Assembly (NCBI RefSeq): GCF_000284455.1 | Contig: NC_017039.1 | Span: 1,440,001-1,472,000 of the forward strand | Direction: 5' to 3' | Source of the DNA: Synechocystis sp. PCC 6803 substr. PCC-P | GTDB lineage: Bacteria; Cyanobacteriota; Cyanobacteriia; Cyanobacteriales; Microcystaceae | DNA length: 32,000 nucleotides | Part shown: positions 27,005 to 32,000 of the stretch, piece by piece | Layout: the number at the start of each line of letters is the position of its first letter | How positions within the stretch are numbered: the first letter of the stretch is position 1 | Notes under the pieces: generated by a model | What the model was told of the DNA's origin: nothing | Database searches by the model: none | Seen by the model: only the letters and a program-made list of their open reading frames with translations | Made by a program: the position numbers and the translations under genes

Positions 27005-27180
27005 GACATTTTCCCCGGTAAATCTATGAGCATTATAATCGCTTAAAGGTCTTTAGTATGCCAAGTAAAAAAAGATGTTTTTCGGTCTTTGGGCCGATGA
27101 CTTTTACCTGCCAAAGATTTTGTTACCGTTAGAAGTGAATTTGATCAACAATCGACAAATAAGGACGATCGCCAAAGGCT

Positions 27181-27987
27181 ATGTTAGAAAGCAAACTTGA
27201 AAATCTGCGGCAATTCTTTGGGGAACTAGACCGGGCTTTAATTGCCTATTCCGGTGGAGTGGATAGTACCCTAGTGGCCAAGGTAGCCTACGACGTGTTG
27301 GGGCAAAATGCCGTGGCTATCACCGCCGTTTCACCCTCCCTGTTACCGGAAGAATTGGAAGATGCCCAGGCCCAAGCTCAATGGATTGGCATTGCCCATG
27401 AACTGGTGCAAACCAACGAAATGGCTAACCCTAATTACACTGCCAACCCGGAAAATCGTTGTTATTTTTGCAAAAGTGAACTCCACGACACCCTTCAGCC
27501 CTTAGCTTTGGCCCTGGGTTACAACTACGTTATCGATGGAGTCAATGGAGATGATCTACGGGATTATCGCCCCGGTATCCAAGCAGCTAAGGAACGGGGT
27601 GGGCGATCGCCATTGGCCGAATTGCAAATTAGCAAGTTGGAAGTGCGGCAAATTTCCCAGTTATTGGGGTTGCCCTGGTGGGATAAACCAGCCCAACCTT
27701 GTTTAAGCTCCCGCTTTCCCTACGGCGAAGAAATCACAGTGGAGAAATTACAGCGGGTCGGCCGGGCAGAAATTTATCTGCGTCGTCTCGGCTATAACCA
27801 AGTCCGGGTGCGATCGGAACAAAATTTGGCCCGCATTGAATTGCCCCCGGAACAGATCCAACAGTTTGTACAGGATGTGTCCCTGGGGGAATTAGTGCAA
27901 ACTTTTCAAAACTTTGGTTTCCTTTACGTCACCCTAGACCTAGAAGGTTACCAAAGCGGCAAGCTAAATCGGGTTTTGACCAAATAA
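27181..27987 (+). CDS. larE: LarE-family ATP-dependent sulfur transferase (PP-loop ATP pyrophosphatase)
   Basis: A 268-aa ORF with the PP-loop motif AYSGGVDST and the conserved Cys in PCLSSRFPYG. It also has a CYFC pair, NRCYFCKSE. Confidence 0.75.
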   Translation: MLESKLENLRQFFGELDRALIAYSGGVDSTLVAKVAYDVLGQNAVAITAVSPSLLPEELEDAQAQAQWIGIAHELVQTNEMANPNYTANPENRCYFCKSELHDTLQPLALALGYNYVIDGVNGDDLRDYRPGIQAAKERGGRSPLAELQISKLEVRQISQLLGLPWWDKPAQPCLSSRFPYGEEITVEKLQRVGRAEIYLRRLGYNQVRVRSEQNLARIELPPEQIQQFVQDVSLGELVQTFQNFGFLYVTLDLEGYQSGKLNRVLTK

Positions 27988-28040
27988 CCAAAACCAACGG
28001 CATCCCAGCCTAGTTCTTTGGAACAGGGGAAAGCCCAAGG

Positions 28041-28829
28041 CTAAACCCAGCCCTGCAGTTTATAAATAACCAGCCCTAAATATTCCTTCAGGGCCATGGT
28101 GGTCATTTGCAGACTTTTGGCATCGGGCATCAGACCAAGGATGACGTTGGCAAGGTTGAAATTATTTCTGCCCAAAGGTTGACTCAAAAAGTCGGTGGCG
28201 GCGGGAATGACAATGATACCCAGTTTTTCAAATACTCTTTTGGCCCTGGGCATATGGTAACCAGACGTGACCAAAATAATCGTGTTTATACCCCGTTGCT
28301 GGAGAATTTTCTGGGTAAAAACCGCATTTTGCCTGGTATTAAGGGATTTCTCTTCTTTGATGATAGCTTCCCTAGGCACGTCCAACCGTTGCAACAATAG
28401 GGCCATATCCTCCGCTTCCGAGGTGGCCACTGTGCCCAACCAAGGAATCCTTCCCCCCGTGGTAATAATGTAGGGAGCTTTGCCCTCTTGGTAGATTTGT
28501 GCGCCGTAGATAACCCGATCGCCAGCTTCGGCCACTTCGGGAAATTGCCGGGGATAGGTGGCCTGGTAAAGACCGCCCCCCAAAACAACAATAACTGGGG
28601 CTTGGGGGAAATCTTCCATAGGCAGATATTGATACTCCAAAGTCCGTAGCAGGGCATCGCTAACCCAGCTATTAGCACTGACTAGTAAAATAGCCAGCGC
28701 CACCAGGGCCAGCCACTGCAAACCCAACTGCTGTCGCCAACTCCAAAAAATAATTCCCAACAGCAGTAAGGAAATTAGCCCCAGGGGATAGAGGAATAGG
28801 GGTAAAAGTTTGGAGAGAAAAACGAACAT
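28041..28829 (-). CDS. YdcF-family (DUF218) membrane-anchored protein
   Basis: It has N-terminal TM segments, then the DUF218 pattern (VIVVLGGG ... IITTGG ... SLNTRQNA ... ILVTSGYHMPRA). The track start is TTG 28847; ATG 28829 is more plausible. Confidence 0.7.
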   Translation of the reverse strand: MFVFLSKLLPLFLYPLGLISLLLLGIIFWSWRQQLGLQWLALVALAILLVSANSWVSDALLRTLEYQYLPMEDFPQAPVIVVLGGGLYQATYPRQFPEVAEAGDRVIYGAQIYQEGKAPYIITTGGRIPWLGTVATSEAEDMALLLQRLDVPREAIIKEEKSLNTRQNAVFTQKILQQRGINTIILVTSGYHMPRAKRVFEKLGIIVIPAATDFLSQPLGRNNFNLANVILGLMPDAKSLQMTTMALKEYLGLVIYKLQGWV

Positions 28830-28874
28830 AACTGGGCAAAATGCCAACTAAATGACAATTTCTATCGATTTTGC

Positions 28875-29375
28875 CTAATCAATTAGGGAAAAGAGCATTT
28901 CCCCCCCACAAACCAGTTGTCCATCGACCCTAGCTTCCCCTTGCATTTTGGCAATGCGTTGCAGTTTAAAGGATTGTAATTCCACTGTCATAATTAGCTG
29001 ATCCCCAGGCACCACTGGCCGCCGGAACCGCACCCCATCAATGCCAGCAAAGGCGAAGAATTTACCCCGCATCCCCGGCAGTTGGGTCAAAATCACTCCC
29101 CCCACCTGGGCCATGGATTCCACAATTAACACCCCCGGCATAATCGGGCGATCGGGAATATGGCCGGGAAAAAACGGTTCGTTGATGGTGACATTCTTTA
29201 GGCCAACGGCGCATTTACCCGGTTGAAAATCAATGATGCGGTCCACCAAGGCGAAGGGGTAACGGTGGGGCAGTAAATCACTAATTTCCTGGATAGTAAA
29301 TTGGGTTTGGACACCGGCTTCATTGCCATTACTATCGCTTAAAGTGGGAGTCACCTCCGGAGTTGACATTGCCAT
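28875..29375 (-). CDS. fabZ: 3-hydroxyacyl-ACP dehydratase
   Basis: It carries the diagnostic FabZ motifs [13 protein letters not shown] and [23 protein letters not shown]. Confidence 0.92.
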   Translation of the reverse strand: MAMSTPEVTPTLSDSNGNEAGVQTQFTIQEISDLLPHRYPFALVDRIIDFQPGKCAVGLKNVTINEPFFPGHIPDRPIMPGVLIVESMAQVGGVILTQLPGMRGKFFAFAGIDGVRFRRPVVPGDQLIMTVELQSFKLQRIAKMQGEARVDGQLVCGGEMLFSLID

Positions 29376-29637
29376 GGGAAAACTTTTGCTAAAAATCTAG
29401 GACAAACGAAAATTTTTGAAAAACTTTGGCAAACCAGGTTATTCCCAGCAACGCTTAGTTAAGGTCCAGCACTTTGGCCAGGTTCTAGGCCCGATCGCCA
29501 CCGAAAACCAGTTTAAAGCCCATTGGGATCCCCCCTGGGCCATGAGCCCAGAAAAATTGGCCAATTCTTCTTCCGGGTTGGCCCACTACCGATAAGATGG
29601 GAGGGTTGTTCATTCCCCAAACAATCCGCCAAATCCT

Positions 29638-30363
29638 GTGGAAATCTTTGTTTATCACACGCCGGAATTAACACCAGATCAATCCTTGCCTGACTGTGCC
29701 GTGGTTATTGATGTCCTACGGGCTACGACCACGATCGCCACTGCCTTAAAAGTTGGCGCAGAAGCGGTTCAGGTTTTTAGCTCCCTTGATGATTTGATGG
29801 CCACCAGTGAATCCTGGCCGGGGGAAAAACGTCTCCGGGCGGGGGAAAGGGGCGGGGCCGCCGTGGCGGGCTACGATTTGGGTAATTCTCCCTTAGATTG
29901 TACGTCGGAGTTGATGGCGGGGAAAAGATTGTTTCTTTCCACCACCAATGGCACTAGGGCTTTGCAGAGGGTGAAGGATTGTCCTCAGTTGGTCACAGCT
30001 TCTTTGGTTAACCGGGGAGCGGCGGTGGATTACCTAGCCCAAACCCAGCCCAAAACAGTGTGGCTATTGGGTTCCGGTTGGGAAGGGGGTTATTCCCTAG
30101 AAGATACGGTCTGTGCTGGGGCGATCGCCAGCTTGCTCCGGGAAAAAGGCATTGATTTCACCGTGGGCAATGATGAAGTGGTGGCGGCCCAAAGTTTGTA
30201 CCGCCAATGGCGGAGTGATTTACTGAATTTGTTTAAACAAGCCAGCCATGGCCAACGGCTACTCAAGCTTGACCGCCTAGAGGATTTGCGCTACTGCGCC
30301 ACAGAGGATTTAATTGATATTCTGCCCAAACAAGTGTCGCCAGGGGTGTTGACCGCTGCTTAA
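29638..30363 (+). CDS. 2-phosphosulfolactate phosphatase (ComB) family protein
   Basis: A 241-aa ORF (GTG start) with the family signature [16 protein letters not shown] and a GNSP segment. Confidence 0.7.
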   Translation: MEIFVYHTPELTPDQSLPDCAVVIDVLRATTTIATALKVGAEAVQVFSSLDDLMATSESWPGEKRLRAGERGGAAVAGYDLGNSPLDCTSELMAGKRLFLSTTNGTRALQRVKDCPQLVTASLVNRGAAVDYLAQTQPKTVWLLGSGWEGGYSLEDTVCAGAIASLLREKGIDFTVGNDEVVAAQSLYRQWRSDLLNLFKQASHGQRLLKLDRLEDLRYCATEDLIDILPKQVSPGVLTAA

Positions 30364-30441
30364 ATTCGAGAATTGTCTTTATATTTAAGTTTTGAGTTCT
30401 CTTCTCCTAATCATTTTCCTAGCTATCATTGCTAAAACACT

Positions 30442-31047
30442 ATGGACACCTTTGACGCTATTTACCAACGGCGATCGGTTAAGCATTTTGACCCTGACCA
30501 TCGTTTAACGGCCGAAGAAGAAAGAAAGTTGCTCGAAGCGGCCATCCAAGCTCCCACTAGTTTTAACATCCAACATTGGCGATTCTTGATCATTCGGGAT
30601 CCCCAACTGCGGCAAACCATCCGGGAAAAATATGGCAATCAGGCCCAAATGACCGACGCTTCCCTGTTAATTTTGGTAGCGGCGGATGTTAACGCTTGGG
30701 ATAAAGACCCCGCCCGTTACTGGCGCAATGCCCCCCGGGAAGTGGCCAATTATCTTGTTGGGGCGATCGCCTCTTTCTATGGTGGCAAACCACAGTTGCA
30801 ACGGGATGAAGCCCAACGGTCCATTGGCATGGCCATGCAAAATTTGATGTTGGCGGCCAAGGCCATGGGCTATGATAGCTGTCCCATGATCGGCTTTGAC
30901 CTCCAAAAGGTAGCCGAGTTGGTCAAATTACCCGCTGACTATGCCATTGGCCCCATGGTGGCGATCGGTAAACGCACCGAAGATGCCCGGGCAAAAGGCG
31001 GTCAAACTCCCCTGGAAGAATTGGTCTGGGAAAACTCCTTTGCCTAA
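30442..31047 (+). CDS. drgA: NAD(P)H nitroreductase family protein
   Basis: It has the nitroreductase signature (IYQRRSVKHFDP, SFNIQHWRF, conserved C-terminal G..P). The symbol is from my memory of the Synechocystis gene located just upstream of aspS, so confidence in it is moderate. Confidence 0.75.
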   Translation: MDTFDAIYQRRSVKHFDPDHRLTAEEERKLLEAAIQAPTSFNIQHWRFLIIRDPQLRQTIREKYGNQAQMTDASLLILVAADVNAWDKDPARYWRNAPREVANYLVGAIASFYGGKPQLQRDEAQRSIGMAMQNLMLAAKAMGYDSCPMIGFDLQKVAELVKLPADYAIGPMVAIGKRTEDARAKGGQTPLEELVWENSFA

Positions 31048-31176
31048 CTAAGGTTTGGTGTTTAGCAATTTAGTGTTGAGTGGCTAATTGCTGAACCCGC
31101 TCCGACTCCCATTTAACGCTTACTTCTCACCCCTAACTCCTGCTGTTCAACGAAATTTTGCTTGATTAACACCTCT

Positions 31177-32000
31177 ATGCGTACTCATTATTGCGGCGAC
31201 CTACGGACAACCCATCTGGGGGAGACAGTGACCCTCTACGGTTGGGTCGATCGCCGTCGGGATCATGGTGGCGTAATTTTCCTTGACCTGCGCGATCGCC
31301 AGGGCATAGTGCAAATCGCCAGTAGTCCTGACCAAACCCCCGCTTCCTATCCAGTGGCGGAAGGATTACGTAATGAATACGTGGTGCAAGTTACCGGTGT
31401 GGTCAGTAAACGTCCCCCGGAATCATTGAACGAAAAAATTCCCACCGGGGAAATTGAGATCTATGCCGACAGCATTATCTTGCTCAACGGCGTCAATCAA
31501 CAATTACCTTTTGTGGTGTCTAGTCACGAAGCAGAACAGGTGCGGGAAGATGTGCGCCTTAAATACCGTTATCTAGATCTGCGGCGGGCTAGGTTGAGTC
31601 AAAATCTACAACTGCGGCATCAAGTGGTCAAAGCTATGCGCCGTTTCCTGGAAGATCAAGAGAATTTTCTGGAAATTGAAACCCCCATTCTCACCCGTTC
31701 CACCCCCGAAGGGGCCAGGGATTATCTTGTTCCCTCCCGAGTTAACCCAGGGGAATGGTACGCTCTGCCCCAATCGCCCCAACTGTTTAAGCAATTATTG
31801 ATGGTGGCGGGGATGGATCGTTATTATCAAATTGCCCGTTGTTTTCGGGATGAAGATTTAAGAGCCGATCGCCAACCGGAATTTACCCAGTTGGATATGG
31901 AAATGAGCTTTATGGGCCAGGAGGAAATTCTTGACCTCAACGAAGCGTTAATTTGCCACATTTTCAAAGTTGTTAAAAATATCGATTTGCCCCGGCCATT
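31177..32000 (+). CDS. aspS: Aspartyl-tRNA synthetase, 5' partial (continues past the window end)
   Basis: This is not in the ORF track because no stop codon falls within the window. My own translation from ATG 31177 gives [47 protein letters not shown] ... [25 protein letters not shown] ... [48 protein letters not shown]. That covers the OB-fold plus class II motifs 1 and 2. Confidence 0.92.
   Translation, partial: MRTHYCGDLRTTHLGETVTLYGWVDRRRDHGGVIFLDLRDRQGIVQIASSPDQTPASYPVAEGLRNEYVVQVTGVVSKRPPESLNEKIPTGEIEIYADSIILLNGVNQQLPFVVSSHEAEQVREDVRLKYRYLDLRRARLSQNLQLRHQVVKAMRRFLEDQENFLEIETPILTRSTPEGARDYLVPSRVNPGEWYALPQSPQLFKQLLMVAGMDRYYQIARCFRDEDLRADRQPEFTQLDMEMSFMGQEEILDLNEALICHIFKVVKNIDLPRP

Noticed and set aside
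28107-28678. ORFs 28107..28400 (+), 28267..28473 (+) and 28286..28678 (-) overlapping the YdcF-family gene.
   Set aside because: They are in an alternate frame or antisense to an ORF with DUF218 motifs, and their translations are low-complexity or basic.
31064-31092. Hairpin AGCAATT-N15-AATTGCT downstream of the nitroreductase gene, as a terminator candidate.
   Set aside because: It has a 7-bp stem but a large loop and no following U-tract, so it is not convincing as an intrinsic terminator.

Overview
This window reads as core chromosome of a Synechocystis-type unicellular cyanobacterium. From memory it matches the cphB/cphA neighbourhood of Synechocystis sp. PCC 6803, but I cannot run a search to confirm that. 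The hallmarks are 31 perfect copies of the HIP1 octamer GCGATCGC (counted by eye), the cyanophycinase/cyanophycin synthetase pair, and an ISY100-like IS630-family insertion sequence.

I call about 28 protein genes:
- a large hybrid histidine kinase and a divergent FAD oxidoreductase
- a hicA/hicB toxin-antitoxin locus and an SLH lipoprotein
- cphB, cphA and a DUF4129 protein
- a GST-like protein and two secreted proteins
- a ribbon-helix-helix (RHH) gene followed by an Rpn-family nuclease
- mnmE, a P-type ATPase and a small secreted protein
- folC and a desaturase-family protein
- a Uma2 nuclease and a TgpA-like transglutaminase-fold membrane protein
- larE, a YdcF-family protein and fabZ
- a ComB-like phosphatase and a nitroreductase
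- the 5' part of aspS, which runs off the window and is therefore missing from the ORF track

I saw no rRNA, tRNA or CRISPR array. I do not see a convincing large multi-gene novel system.

The observations most worth following up are:
1. A perfect 13-bp tandem duplication fuses the hicA toxin in frame to the hicB antitoxin.
2. An RHH gene is tightly coupled to an Rpn-family PD-(D/E)XK nuclease. That nuclease has a strong in-frame internal SD+ATG, which suggests an intragenic small antitoxin-like product.
3. The ISY100-like element has a split transposase, and an A_AAA_AAG heptamer in the zero frame would rejoin it to exactly 282 aa.
4. That element has clipped the 3' end of the Uma2 gene.
5. 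The TgpA-like protein has its catalytic Cys and His replaced.
6. A patch of decayed IS fragments lies between the TgpA-like gene and larE.

All family assignments come from motifs read in the translations, not from database searches.
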